Shown in pieces: positions 1 through 9,721 of a stretch of DNA of 64,000 bases. Source of the stretch: an uncultured Bacilli bacterium. GTDB lineage: Bacteria; Bacillota_I; Bacilli_A; RFN20; CAG-826. The notes beneath the pieces were generated by a model, which had not been told where the DNA came from, did no database searches, and saw only the letters and a program-made list of their open reading frames with translations. Numbering within the stretch: position 1 is the first letter of the stretch; each line of letters begins with the position of its first letter. The DNA lies in contig CAKUWP010000004.1 in assembly GCA_934699525.1 (NCBI GenBank), forward strand, positions 42,724 through 106,723, in the 5' to 3' direction. The position numbers and the translations under genes are program-made.

Positions 1-57
1 CCGCCATTCCCTCCTCCAATCACAATCACATCAAAATTTTCTGCCATGATTATCTCC

Positions 58-690
58 TTATTGGTACATCTTGATTAATGATTCTACGTATAGTTCGAGC
101 CGAATTTTGTTTTCAGCAAGACGGTTATCCTCTTCGCTTAGGGCCAATTTTTGCATAAAGCCCAAAAGCCCATCATAGGTATTTAAATAGATAAGGCCGA
201 TGTTCTTATTGGGCGGGATGGATCCATCTTCGATCCCTTCCTTGATGGCCTTGGCCAAGGGATCCGTGCTTTGATAAAAATCTACCGGCGGGCGATGGCT
301 TAATAAAACAAGGCGGTCACTCCGATTTAAATAGGTCTCCGCGCAATCGCAGAAAATTAGTTCCTTTTTGGACGATTCGTATAAACTCGCGTATTGATTC
401 AGAATAAAACGAACCTTGTCGATTCCATTTAAAGCGCCCTGGAGGTTCTTCTCCATTTGTGCGCGGATGTTTGCTTGGGCGTTTTCCCAAAAATAAAGGG
501 CAGAGGCTAAAACCAAATCGCTTTTGGTGGCAAAATAACGAAACACCGTTCTTTCGGTTAACCCGGCTTGGACGGCGATATCGTTGACTTTCGAATTCTC
601 GATTCCTTGATCGCAGAAAAATTCCAAGGCGATTTGAATCACCTTCTCCTTGTTTTGAAGTTTTCTTGTGGGTTTTAAGAAATCAGTCAT
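58..690 (-). CDS. TetR/AcrR family transcriptional regulator
   Basis: 210-aa ORF with N-terminal TetR-type HTH (IALEFFCDQGIENSKVNDIAVQAGLTERTVFRYFATK). Confidence 0.8.
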   Translation of the reverse strand: MTDFLKPTRKLQNKEKVIQIALEFFCDQGIENSKVNDIAVQAGLTERTVFRYFATKSDLVLASALYFWENAQANIRAQMEKNLQGALNGIDKVRFILNQYASLYESSKKELIFCDCAETYLNRSDRLVLLSHRPPVDFYQSTDPLAKAIKEGIEDGSIPPNKNIGLIYLNTYDGLLGFMQKLALSEEDNRLAENKIRLELYVESLIKMYQ

Positions 691-1047
691 GGGATATGTC
701 AGTCCGACTGACAGTTATTTAACGTTATCGAAACGGGGATGTCAACGGTTCTTCCCATAATTGCTATTTTTTTACCGATATCCCGAATAAAGTTCATTCC
801 TAGATTATCAACTCCAAAGTTGACAACTTTATTGTTGATAATCTTTTGTTTAGGATTATTCAATGCAATCCAAGCATTATTATACGGTGTATATTCGAAA
901 ATGGGCGGGATTTAGTGAGGATATCCTCGCTCTGAATGATCCTTCCGTTCATTTGGTGAGCCTCGAAGATATGGTTCGCGCTTCCCTTTGATTCACCCAA
1001 ACAAAAAAAGAAGGGGGACGTGGATGCGTTTTCCCTTCTTTTTCAGT

Positions 1048-1878
1048 TCATTTAGTTTCGGTGTTAGGGATGGGGTTCTTGGATTCGAGCTTCTTTTGCT
1101 TCTGCTTGGCGATGAGGTAATGGACATAATAAATGGAGCCAAGATAAAGGAGGATCACGGGGGCGACGAGGTACATATGCCAATAATTGAACGGGATGAT
1201 GCTGTGGAGAAAAATCACCAAAGGATTAATCTCGTTTTCCCCACAAATGGAGAACATGTAATTGACTTGAATGAGGTCGCCTTTATAGTCACGGATATCG
1301 TTTTGGACAAAATAACGGTTGAGCCCCACGTTGCAGAAATAGACGAGGGTATAAAGAACCAAAGTGATGCCCATCGTGGTGGCGATGTATTTGGCTTTTA
1401 ATTCGATATAGCCGAAGCGGATCAAAAGAATCGGAAGGCCAAATTCGATGACGTGGGGGAAATAATACCAAAAGAATGTCCAAGAAAAGATATCAAAATT
1501 AGCGGCCCCGTTATTGACGATTAGGGCGATTAAAGCACCCAAGGACCATAGCAATAAGCAGTTCCCCAGGACCTTGTTCTTGCTTAAAACAACAAAGGGC
1601 AAAATCATCGCGTTAAAAGAACAGAGTTCAAGGGGAAGGTATTCCAAAGGACTATGCCACATCACCAAATTGAAGATGATGGCCCCGTATCCTAGTAGCG
1701 AGAATCCAAAATAGACCCATTTCCGGTACGGATCCTTAAGGAGTCTTCCTAGGCCATATAAGCCCAAGATGAGAAGCAAGCCAATGGCTAAGGTTATAAA
1801 GTGTGTAAGTGTAAAGGTTCCCCAAAGCATAGAAAACCTTAAGACCATAGGCCATCTAGCGTCAAAAGGCAAGGGCAA
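1048..1878 (-). CDS. polytopic integral membrane protein of unknown function (YwaF/TIGR02206-like)
   Basis: 276-aa ORF, 6-8 hydrophobic segments. Family assignment is a guess from memory. Confidence 0.5.
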   Translation of the reverse strand: MPLPFDARWPMVLRFSMLWGTFTLTHFITLAIGLLLILGLYGLGRLLKDPYRKWVYFGFSLLGYGAIIFNLVMWHSPLEYLPLELCSFNAMILPFVVLSKNKVLGNCLLLWSLGALIALIVNNGAANFDIFSWTFFWYYFPHVIEFGLPILLIRFGYIELKAKYIATTMGITLVLYTLVYFCNVGLNRYFVQNDIRDYKGDLIQVNYMFSICGENEINPLVIFLHSIIPFNYWHMYLVAPVILLYLGSIYYVHYLIAKQKQKKLESKNPIPNTETK

Positions 1879-1950
1879 TCGAGTCGTTTATCGATACAGC
1901 TCTCGCTTCTTTTGCCATTGGAGCGAGGCGCAGTTATTGAAGAACCACTC

Positions 1951-2538
1951 CTACAAATAAATCTTAAATGGATTTTCGTCCAACAGTTCCATGCGCCACA
2001 AACGGTAGATTCTATCGCTTGCAATATTGGAATCCCACTCCGTCAGGAAAACCTGGCCGTTGTTAAGGTAAAACGCAAAGATAATGGAGCCGGAGCCCAC
2101 CTGGATTTGGGGTTTGCCGAGAATCGAGACGACCTCCCCAATCGTCATGTCCAATTTCACTTTTTCAGTGTCTTCCGCCGATGGGAGAATCATTCGAAAG
2201 GGGTTGAACCACGTGCCTTTGTCGGAGGGATCGAACACCTTGGAGCGGCCTATCGGGTTTTGCTTCAATAGGCGCGAGGCAAAGACGTTCCACTCCTCCT
2301 CCCCGAAATTTAGCGGAGGCGCGTCGCTCACGCCGAACATAGGCGGAAAAATCGGCTTGGTGGAAGCAGGCGTCACGACAACCGGCTGAGTTTTGTCCAC
2401 CGTCTTCGTTTGCGTCAAGGATTCGTTAAGTGGCTGTCCAAGCTGCGTTTGTGCATCGATTGGATTTTGGGTTTTGCCGACCGCGCTGAAAAAATGGATG
2501 TCGCGACAATGAATGCCTTTAGTCCTAATTGTTTCACT
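1951..2538 (-). pseudogene. frameshifted secreted-protein paralog, chimeric (leader and signal peptide copied from the 788-aa gene, body from the 211-aa paralog)
   Basis: The ORF body (1951..2418, TTG start) is about 75% identical to 2667..3254. The upstream 2473..2590 duplicates 5582..5700 but carries an A6 tract at 2489..2494 where the intact gene has A7 at 5596..5602. Restoring one A fuses a GTG-initiated signal peptide (VKQLGLKAFIVATSIFF...) in frame to the body. Confidence 0.55.
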
Positions 2539-2590
2539 TAATATCCCCTTTGTAGGCTCATTTTTTCATAAAATGTAAGCTCCTTCAATC
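2473..2590. repeat. duplicated promoter/leader plus signal-peptide segment (about 90% identical to 5582..5700)
   Basis: Direct alignment by eye of the two segments. Confidence 0.8.
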
Positions 2591-2666
2591 ACTATGATTA
2601 ATTTAAAAGTCCCGCGAACCAATAAAAATTAGTGTGAGTACGAAACCGACGGAATCGTTGGGGAAA

Positions 2667-3254
2667 TTATGCCTTTGGATGCCTCCTAAATGGATTTTGG
2701 TCAAACAAATCCATATCATACAAGCGATAAATTCTATCGCCTATGAAATGCGAATCCCACCACGTCAGGAAAACCTGGCCGTCGTTGAGGTAAAACGCAT
2801 AGATAATGGCACCGGAGCCCGCCTCAATTTGAGGCTTGCCAAGTATTGAGACGACCTCCCCAATCGTCATGTCCAATTTCACTTTTTCAGTGTCTTCCAC
2901 CGACGGAAGCATCATCCGAAAAGGATCGAACCACGTGCTTTCATCTGATGGATCGAACACCTTGGAGCGGCTTATCGGGTTTTGCTTCAATAGGCGCGAG
3001 GCAAAGACGTTCCACTCCTCCTCCCCGAAATTCAGCGGAGGGACGTCGCTTACGCCGAATAGGGGCGGGAAAATCGGTTTGGTGAAGGTGGGCGTCACGA
3101 CAACCGGCACATGACTGTTATCTATATTAATTTCTGCAAAATCGTCGTTTTCACTAATTGTCGGTTTATCTCCCGTTCCCAAACCTGTCGATGCACTCAA
3201 AAAGATAAACGGAAGAGTTAAAATCAAAGGTAGAAGTTTTTTGATAAATCGCAT
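2667..3254 (-). CDS. secreted protein of unknown function, member of a tandem paralog family
   Basis: The ORF 2667..3302 has a probable true start at MRFIKKLLPLILTLPFIFLSASTG (signal peptide). It is paralogous to 1951..2418. Confidence 0.6.
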   Translation of the reverse strand: MRFIKKLLPLILTLPFIFLSASTGLGTGDKPTISENDDFAEINIDNSHVPVVVTPTFTKPIFPPLFGVSDVPPLNFGEEEWNVFASRLLKQNPISRSKVFDPSDESTWFDPFRMMLPSVEDTEKVKLDMTIGEVVSILGKPQIEAGSGAIIYAFYLNDGQVFLTWWDSHFIGDRIYRLYDMDLFDQNPFRRHPKA

Positions 3255-3277
3255 ACGCCCTCCCTTCAAATCTATTT

Positions 3278-5644
3278 TTAATCGTAGAAAAGATGGTTCC
3301 ACGGAGTCAATGCATAGAAGCCGAGAAAATTAACATACGAGCCTCTATCGCAAAGTTCTGGATCAACAATCAAATTTCCCGATTCATCCGTTCTTCGCAC
3401 TTTGTCCCGGCCCGGCTTGTGAGACCAGTGGCCATTAGAATCTTGACGATACCAGTGATAATCGCGATCGCTAACAGCCAATGCAACTTTGTATGTCCCG
3501 GAGGGTGTTGTGGCATATTTGCCGACTTCTTGGAACATCAAACTCGTTCCAAACTCTTCATTATATTTAGAAAAATCTCGCATTACCGCTTTTTCCAAAA
3601 CGGTTTTAGTGCAAGAAACATATCTTTCTCCACTGTAATCACCAGGCTGCTGCATTTTCCAAAACTCGTTCGTCCCGGGCCACATTTGGTTGTTTAATAT
3701 ATAGGCGTAGCAATTGTTGTTTTCGATATTTCCCAATCGCCACACGCTTGGGTTATATTTCAATTCGTAACCAGAAAGCGGCAAAGGGTCAATTTCATAA
3801 TACGCCAAATCCCCAATGCATATTCTCCCTAAATTGCTATCGGCATTGACAGCAGTATCGTAAATTTCGGAATAAAACCGAACTTTATACGTAGGTCTAT
3901 CCAACCATACCTGATACAGGTTGGGACGGTTTCTATCTCGCGGAAGGCCAGTGGAATCCGCCAAAAGATCCAATTGGGTTACCCATTCCCCTTTATAAAA
4001 GAATTGAATTTCCGCCTTTCCGTTGGTTTTATCCAGCTTTTCTTTTGAAAATTCGCGCCAATGGGAAAGCTGCACGTCGATTCTATTAACGGTTTTTTCA
4101 AAACTATATTCGATGAACGCATGATCAAACCCCTTTCGTCTCGGCGAAAGCACAATATATTCATTGTGGATATATCCCGCGCGATATCTTCTTGTTTTGA
4201 AAGAACCCCCATTTCTCGTTTGGTGTTCCGTAAAAGTTGTGGCCGTCGCTTCATCGCTGGGGTAAGCGTCCTCATAGCCGTATTCAGCGGGCTTAATATA
4301 CGGCGTTCTTTCGTAATCGACGGGCTTATTGAATTCCCTTCTGCACCAATAACCGTCAAATCCTAGCGTATCCGACGAAGCCTGAATTTCTAAAAACACG
4401 TTATACGTTTTTCCTTTGGTTTCGAATCTAGCTGAATCCCACAATTCTTGCGTCAGCGTATATTCCGTGGAATTAATGCCATAGGCAAAGTTTTTGCGGA
4501 CTCTATCACAATCCAAAATAGAAAGTTTGGTACGAATAAAATAGTTTGAAAACCACTTTTCATTATATAAAGACATCCAACGGAACGTAGGCAAAGCATC
4601 ATTGAAATTCCCTTGCACCAGTTCAATTTCTCTGGGGTACACATAACTGCAAGCGCATAAATTATCACCAAGAGAAGAATGATAATGAAACGCATGGGAA
4701 TGAGAAAAACTAGGCTTAATATCGAGATAAGTTATATCCAGAAGATTATTGTAAGGGAGTTTGGATAACGCAACATGGGTCAACGCAACATTCCTTGTTT
4801 CATCTCGCCAACCGGTATGAACATAGATTTCGTCAGCGTTTTCATCGTAATCATAAGCAATCATGCTATGGCAGGTATTCGTTGTGGGTTCCTTAGCCCG
4901 TAGAATGACGGGCACCCCATCCTTAATTTGTCTAACGACGGCCTCGCGCATTAATTGCTCGTCTTCATTAAAATAGGATTGAACCGTCGCTTTTTGATCT
5001 GAAATATGTGCGTAAGAATTTAAATAAGTCGAGAGCACGTTAGACAATTCCGTTCGATTTAGACCGAGCGAATCACTACTTCCGTCAAATTTGTTGTCTC
5101 CAAAAAGCGATTTGGCAATTTCGATTAATTTAAACTGGAAATACGTGTCGGAATGCAGCGAAACAACTCCGTAATAGTCCTGAATGGAAAGTCCATCAAC
5201 CAACTGCCCGGATTCAAACAACACCCCCGGAGATTCGATGGCGGAGGGGATCAAATCGAAATCCGCCAGATATTGACGGTTCGATTGAAATTCTGAACCG
5301 GCATCATATCTATTATCGATAAAAGCATCATCCCAGTAAGAATCATAAAAAGATAAGAGCATCCCCATAGAAACATAGGAACATGTGCCATGAGAATTAT
5401 TCCCAAAATTAGAATTCAGGTTATCGAAATAATAGCTAGAGTAATGATTGGTTAAGTAGATGGGGGAAGGCGACTCGGTGGACAGCGTATCAAACAAATT
5501 GTCCACATCCGTTTCACCCCTATGGGCAAAGGATAAGCTTTCTATTTTATTCGTTTTTGCAACGATGTGATTCGGCACGTTGCCAACCGCGCCGAAAAAA
5601 ATGGATGTCGCGACAATGAACGCCTTTAGCCCTAATTGCTTCAT
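3278..5644 (-). CDS. large secreted protein with putative C-terminal papain-like cysteine peptidase-like domain
   Basis: 788 aa with a signal peptide MKQLGLKAFIVATSIFFGAVG. The C-terminus has a Cys...His...Asp arrangement (NNCYAY...DYHWYRQD...D) reminiscent of NlpC/P60 or CHAP-like folds. The domain call is inference. Confidence 0.5.
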   Translation of the reverse strand: MKQLGLKAFIVATSIFFGAVGNVPNHIVAKTNKIESLSFAHRGETDVDNLFDTLSTESPSPIYLTNHYSSYYFDNLNSNFGNNSHGTCSYVSMGMLLSFYDSYWDDAFIDNRYDAGSEFQSNRQYLADFDLIPSAIESPGVLFESGQLVDGLSIQDYYGVVSLHSDTYFQFKLIEIAKSLFGDNKFDGSSDSLGLNRTELSNVLSTYLNSYAHISDQKATVQSYFNEDEQLMREAVVRQIKDGVPVILRAKEPTTNTCHSMIAYDYDENADEIYVHTGWRDETRNVALTHVALSKLPYNNLLDITYLDIKPSFSHSHAFHYHSSLGDNLCACSYVYPREIELVQGNFNDALPTFRWMSLYNEKWFSNYFIRTKLSILDCDRVRKNFAYGINSTEYTLTQELWDSARFETKGKTYNVFLEIQASSDTLGFDGYWCRREFNKPVDYERTPYIKPAEYGYEDAYPSDEATATTFTEHQTRNGGSFKTRRYRAGYIHNEYIVLSPRRKGFDHAFIEYSFEKTVNRIDVQLSHWREFSKEKLDKTNGKAEIQFFYKGEWVTQLDLLADSTGLPRDRNRPNLYQVWLDRPTYKVRFYSEIYDTAVNADSNLGRICIGDLAYYEIDPLPLSGYELKYNPSVWRLGNIENNNCYAYILNNQMWPGTNEFWKMQQPGDYSGERYVSCTKTVLEKAVMRDFSKYNEEFGTSLMFQEVGKYATTPSGTYKVALAVSDRDYHWYRQDSNGHWSHKPGRDKVRRTDESGNLIVDPELCDRGSYVNFLGFYALTPWNHLFYD

Positions 5645-5748
5645 TTAATGTCCCCTTTTATAGGCTCATTTTTACATAAAATGTAAGCGCTTTCAACTTA
5701 AGAGTGAGCCACGAATGGGCATACGAATGATACTTGTGCAGTGCGTTT

Positions 5749-7050
5749 TTAATCTTTCAACGCCGTTACAGGAATAATATACACGCCCTCAGCATTTTTA
5801 TAAGCGGCGTTACCTACCCCATAGATAACGCATTTGATAATGGGCTCTTTGCCCCCGTTAGCAACAATTTCATTGCAGACTTTCACGAGATTTTTCGACC
5901 CTTCTTCTGCTTTTGCTAGACCCAGTTTGATTTCAATGGCGCACCAATTGCCATCAACCAGTTCAATCACGGCATCGATCTCATTGTTTTTATAGTCCTG
6001 GTAATGAAACAACTTGCCTCCCATGGCTTGTGCATAAATGGATAAATCCCGTTCCACCAATGCTTCGAACATAAACCCAAACGTGTTCAAATCCCCCATC
6101 ATTTTCTTTGGGGTAAGTCCAAGCATAGCACAAGCCATTGCCGGATCCGAAAAATGCCTCTTTTCCATTTGCTTCACGCGAAGTGAGGAACGCAAGTTCG
6201 TCGAAAAGGGTTCTTGGCTGTTTAACAGGAACATCCGTTCAAAAGCATTTAGATATTTTGTAAGCGTGTTTTTGCTGACGGAAGAGGCATCGTTTTCCTC
6301 GATGTCTTTTAAAATGCTTTGATTTGAGACAGTCGTAGATTCATTTCTAGCCAAAGATTTTAGAATTAATTTTGCTTTATGTTCGTCATACTCCTGCCCA
6401 TCTCCCAACCGTTTTAAGTCATTTTTAATAACGTTTTCCATATAGCCAAGAGAAAGTTCGTTACATTCCTCCGAGCCTACGGACAAATTGCCGGGCCATC
6501 CACCCCGAGCAATAAGATAGGCAAGACACTCCAAACTCGTTTGTTCATAAATTTTTGGGGTAAATTTATTTTCACATAAATCTTTTAGGGAGATATCACC
6601 GCTAGAATCCCCCGATTCATAGAGCGACATCGTATTCATCCGAATGCTTTTAATCCTGCCAACCCCACTATGCAAAACACCTTTAAGCACAGGCGTCGAT
6701 GAGCCCGTTAGGATGATCTGCCCTTTTTTACCGCTAGAATCTACGAATGCCCGTGTCGCATCCCAAAGAGAAGGAACTTCTTGCCATTCGTCAATCAGGC
6801 GAGGCGCATCGCCCTTCAAAACGATATAGGGTTCAATTTCGGCTAAAGTGCGATTGGAGAAATTCCCACTAGGATCCCCGACAAGGAATTCGCTGTTTGC
6901 GTGATAGGAAGATGTCCATGTTTTTCCACACCATTTGGGACCTTCGATGCAAACGGCTCCAAAAATTTTTAGGTCCCTATCAATAATGGAATCCACGACT
7001 CTTGCTTTGTAGTGGAGCTTATTCACGATTTTCCCCATAGAATCCCCCAT
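5749..7050 (-). CDS. AAA+ superfamily ATPase, DUF4143/COG1373 family
   Basis: 433 aa with a Walker A-like GPKWCGKTWT. It is a clear paralog of 32765..34039 and more distantly of 31387..32652. Confidence 0.8.
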   Translation of the reverse strand: MGDSMGKIVNKLHYKARVVDSIIDRDLKIFGAVCIEGPKWCGKTWTSSYHANSEFLVGDPSGNFSNRTLAEIEPYIVLKGDAPRLIDEWQEVPSLWDATRAFVDSSGKKGQIILTGSSTPVLKGVLHSGVGRIKSIRMNTMSLYESGDSSGDISLKDLCENKFTPKIYEQTSLECLAYLIARGGWPGNLSVGSEECNELSLGYMENVIKNDLKRLGDGQEYDEHKAKLILKSLARNESTTVSNQSILKDIEENDASSVSKNTLTKYLNAFERMFLLNSQEPFSTNLRSSLRVKQMEKRHFSDPAMACAMLGLTPKKMMGDLNTFGFMFEALVERDLSIYAQAMGGKLFHYQDYKNNEIDAVIELVDGNWCAIEIKLGLAKAEEGSKNLVKVCNEIVANGGKEPIIKCVIYGVGNAAYKNAEGVYIIPVTALKD

Positions 7051-7083
7051 TTTCGGTTAATAAATTCAAGGTTAATGTAGAGC

Positions 7084-7175
7084 ATTGACCCATATTTGTC
7101 AATTCTATTGACCCATATTTTTAGTTTTCATTGACCCGTTTTTTCGGTTTTGATTGACCAAGATTTTAGATTGAG
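7084..7175. repeat. 4 tandem 23-bp direct repeats (ATTGACCCATATTT...) in the divergent promoter region
   Basis: The ATTGACC box recurs at 7084, 7107, 7130 and 7153, an exact 23-bp period. Confidence 0.85.
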
Positions 7176-7330
7176 GGGATAGAAATTATGCCTTTTAGAT
7201 GTAGGAGGAGTTGAATTTGTACACTGTGCATATAAACTCGCCTAAATTCGGTATCTTATTATTGATTTCTTTGATAGAATCCCACTAGTTTTCTCAAATC
7301 GTTGGCTGAAAACAAAAAATAAGGAGATTT

Positions 7331-8335
7331 ATGGACAACGACAAAAAACAAGCAAGAGCCGCCAGGCTCAAGAAAATGTTCGCGCCCGGTCCTGAAGCGA
7401 TGGATTATCGCGTCACGCCGCTGCTCGACACGATCTTAAAATGGTTGATGTTCACGGTGACCATTCTAGGGGTATCCGTCATAACGTCGAAATTCCAAGC
7501 GTACGGCAACATTCCGTTCAACATCCTCTGCGGCATCGTCGTCTTAATCGCGATGAAGCCCGTCTTCTTCGAAGCACTGAAACTATCCACCTTACTCGTT
7601 GGCAGAATCATTGTATTGTTCGCATGCTTCGGCTTACTCCCCGGACCCGTGTTCGTCGTCATCGTCTTGGGTCTTTACATCATCAACATCCTAGAAGCGA
7701 CCATGACGGACTTTTTCAAGAACAAGCAATATTTCAACGGCGTTTCCGGTTTATTTATTGCTATCGGCGCGAGTGCCTTCTTCCTCGGCTCCACCTGGGG
7801 AAACACTGCTACCGCCAATTCGCCCATCTATTACATCGACGGCTTCTCCAAGCTTGGTTCCCAAGTGAACTTCACTTCTTCTTACATCACCAACCAAGCC
7901 AATATCTTCAATAGCAACATCACGAGCACCACGACCGTTGGCCTTGCCATCACCGTTGCCATGATCATTGCCTACACCATCTGGAACTGGCTCTTCGTCA
8001 TCGGCGAATTCTCTTCTTCCGTTGGTTTGATGCACGTCGGGTTCTTGCTCGCCCCGATTATCGGCGTCTTTGTCGGACCCCTCGTTGGTATGGGACGCTT
8101 CGGCATGCTCCCCGACCCGGGACTTTGGTTACTCTTCCGCGCGAGCACCCTCACCTTCGGCGGAATCCTCCAAATCGGCTGCAAGAGATGGTTCGAAGAG
8201 AACTTCATGTTCGAACCCTTTGACCGTAAAGTTCAGCACATCAAAAACAGCAAACCCATTCAAATCACCTGCATGATTATCTGCTGTTCCTTGATGATCT
8301 TCGCCGTCGTCGCTGGCTTCATGCCCGCGATGTAA
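7331..8335 (+). CDS. integral membrane protein, unknown function
   Basis: 334 aa with multiple TM segments. The start lies 8 nt after an AAGGAG Shine-Dalgarno motif (7319..7324). Confidence 0.65.
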   Translation: MDNDKKQARAARLKKMFAPGPEAMDYRVTPLLDTILKWLMFTVTILGVSVITSKFQAYGNIPFNILCGIVVLIAMKPVFFEALKLSTLLVGRIIVLFACFGLLPGPVFVVIVLGLYIINILEATMTDFFKNKQYFNGVSGLFIAIGASAFFLGSTWGNTATANSPIYYIDGFSKLGSQVNFTSSYITNQANIFNSNITSTTTVGLAITVAMIIAYTIWNWLFVIGEFSSSVGLMHVGFLLAPIIGVFVGPLVGMGRFGMLPDPGLWLLFRASTLTFGGILQIGCKRWFEENFMFEPFDRKVQHIKNSKPIQITCMIICCSLMIFAVVAGFMPAM

Positions 8336-8360
8336 TTAGCAAAAACCAATGCGGAAAACT

Positions 8361-8392
8361 GCCACGGCTCAGCTCGTGGCGGTTTTTATTTT
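8361..8392 (+). terminator. rho-independent terminator
   Basis: GCCACG/CGTGGC stem with an 8-nt loop, followed by TTTTTATTTT. Confidence 0.55.
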
Positions 8393-8461
8393 AAAATGCC
8401 AGTAATCATCGATATTATTGGTTGAGCATGGAACGTTAAAAACAAAGAACGCTCAGCTGCC

Positions 8462-8576
8462 GTTACAAACATTTGTGGTGTTTTGTTGCAATGATTTGCG
8501 GCATTTCGTTGCAAACATTTGCGGTGTTTTACTTCCAACTTTTGTGGTGGTTCATTTTACGTTTTCGTGGTACTGG
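8462..8576. repeat. 5 tandem 23-bp direct repeats (GTTGCAAACATTTGCGGTGTTTT), degenerating toward the 3' side
   Basis: Units at 8462, 8485, 8508, 8531 and 8554. They lie between two convergent genes. Confidence 0.8.
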
Positions 8577-8634
8577 AAAACGAGCTGCAAAGGCACTCGC
8601 CCACTCTTCTTGGTTGCAGTTATGGAATATAACC

Positions 8635-9486
8635 TTACTTCAAAAGCCCTTTTGAAGCATTTAATTTCACGATGGGTTCGACCTTGGCTTCGTCTAAGAA
8701 GTCACGCATGATGACGTTAATGTCGGAAAAATAGTCTTGCTGAGGCAAATTCTCAATAAAGGTGTTCATATTCGCTTCGTGGCCCCTTTCGCGATGATAA
8801 GGGCCGAATACGAGCTTTGAATCCGTGAGCTGGCATTGCCAAACAAAGATGCCTTTATGCCCTTCTTCTTCCTTCTTGGCTTGGATTTTATCCATGTAAT
8901 AGCCCAAGGCTTCATTGATAAATTGTTTCGATTTCATCGCGTGATACGAAGAAATATAGCAGGAATCCAAGGCCTGGCCTTTTTGGGTGCAGGCATCGTT
9001 ATTCCTGCTGAAGATATGGGCCTCTTTAACAAACGGGGAATCATCTCCAAAGAAAACAATGCATTTTCCTCTTGTGTCTTTAAGACGAAGTTCATCGACG
9101 AAGGCCAATTCGCTTTGATCATCGTTTTGAACAACGAGACGGTCTTTTAGTTTCTTCGAGACCGTGTGATAGACGTATTCATCGCTTCCGTTTTTAAAGT
9201 GCTGAAAATCCAAAAGGAGAGTTTCGCTGGGGTTTTCTACAATAAACGAAGCGATATCATCCAATATGGGATCGAACCGAATTCCGTTGATGATTGAATG
9301 GTAAATCACATAGTCATTTTTGACGTGATTGACCCGCAAATCAAAATAACGGACTCCCAAATTCAGTTGTTCCTTCACGCTTAAATGTTGAGTCTTGCCT
9401 AGCCAGCTCATTCCATTGGTTCCGGCATCGTGGCTACCGGGCAAAACAATTTCATTTAAGCGGGCTTCATCATCGATGGTACCCAT
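8635..9486 (-). CDS. phosphatidylinositol-specific phospholipase C X-domain (PI-PLC-like) phosphodiesterase
   Basis: 283 aa with LPGSHDAGT, matching the PI-PLC X-domain signature. Confidence 0.7.
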   Translation of the reverse strand: MGTIDDEARLNEIVLPGSHDAGTNGMSWLGKTQHLSVKEQLNLGVRYFDLRVNHVKNDYVIYHSIINGIRFDPILDDIASFIVENPSETLLLDFQHFKNGSDEYVYHTVSKKLKDRLVVQNDDQSELAFVDELRLKDTRGKCIVFFGDDSPFVKEAHIFSRNNDACTQKGQALDSCYISSYHAMKSKQFINEALGYYMDKIQAKKEEEGHKGIFVWQCQLTDSKLVFGPYHRERGHEANMNTFIENLPQQDYFSDINVIMRDFLDEAKVEPIVKLNASKGLLK

Positions 9487-9510
9487 CCATTTGGTTAAGG
9501 AGGTGTTGGT

Positions 9511-9621
9511 TTATTCGTATTTCCGAAAGCAGGTCATAGAGGCGATAAAGGCGCCCGAGCCTGCTCCTAATGTGAGCAAAACTGCTCCCGCAATAATAAA
9601 ACCCTTACACCACTTTTTCAT
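9511..9621 (-). other. in-frame upstream signal-peptide segment, separated from the PI-PLC-like gene by a TAA
   Basis: It translates to MKKWCKGFIIAGAVLLTLGAGSGAFIASMTCFRKYE, then a stop (plus-strand tta at 9511..9513), then TNTSLTKW and MGTIDD. All are in one frame. Confidence 0.6.
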
Positions 9622-9721
9622 CAAGGACCCTCTTAACGCTTTCTTTTTGGATTATATCAAGAAAAGGCAGGGCATTGAATCGCCCTGCGCCTAGCGATAT
9701 TAGAAATCAGCCCGATTCGTC

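Noticed and set aside
1912-3114. Plus-strand ORFs 1912..2271, 2084..2389, 2634..2849 and 2836..3114 that mirror each other.
   Set aside because: They are antisense images of the duplicated minus-strand paralogs, which carry signal peptides and conserved bodies.
7084-7175. CRISPR array, suggested by the regular tandem repeats (also at 8462..8576 and 34072..34163).
   Set aside because: Units are 23 bp and directly adjacent with no unique spacers. No cas genes are present.
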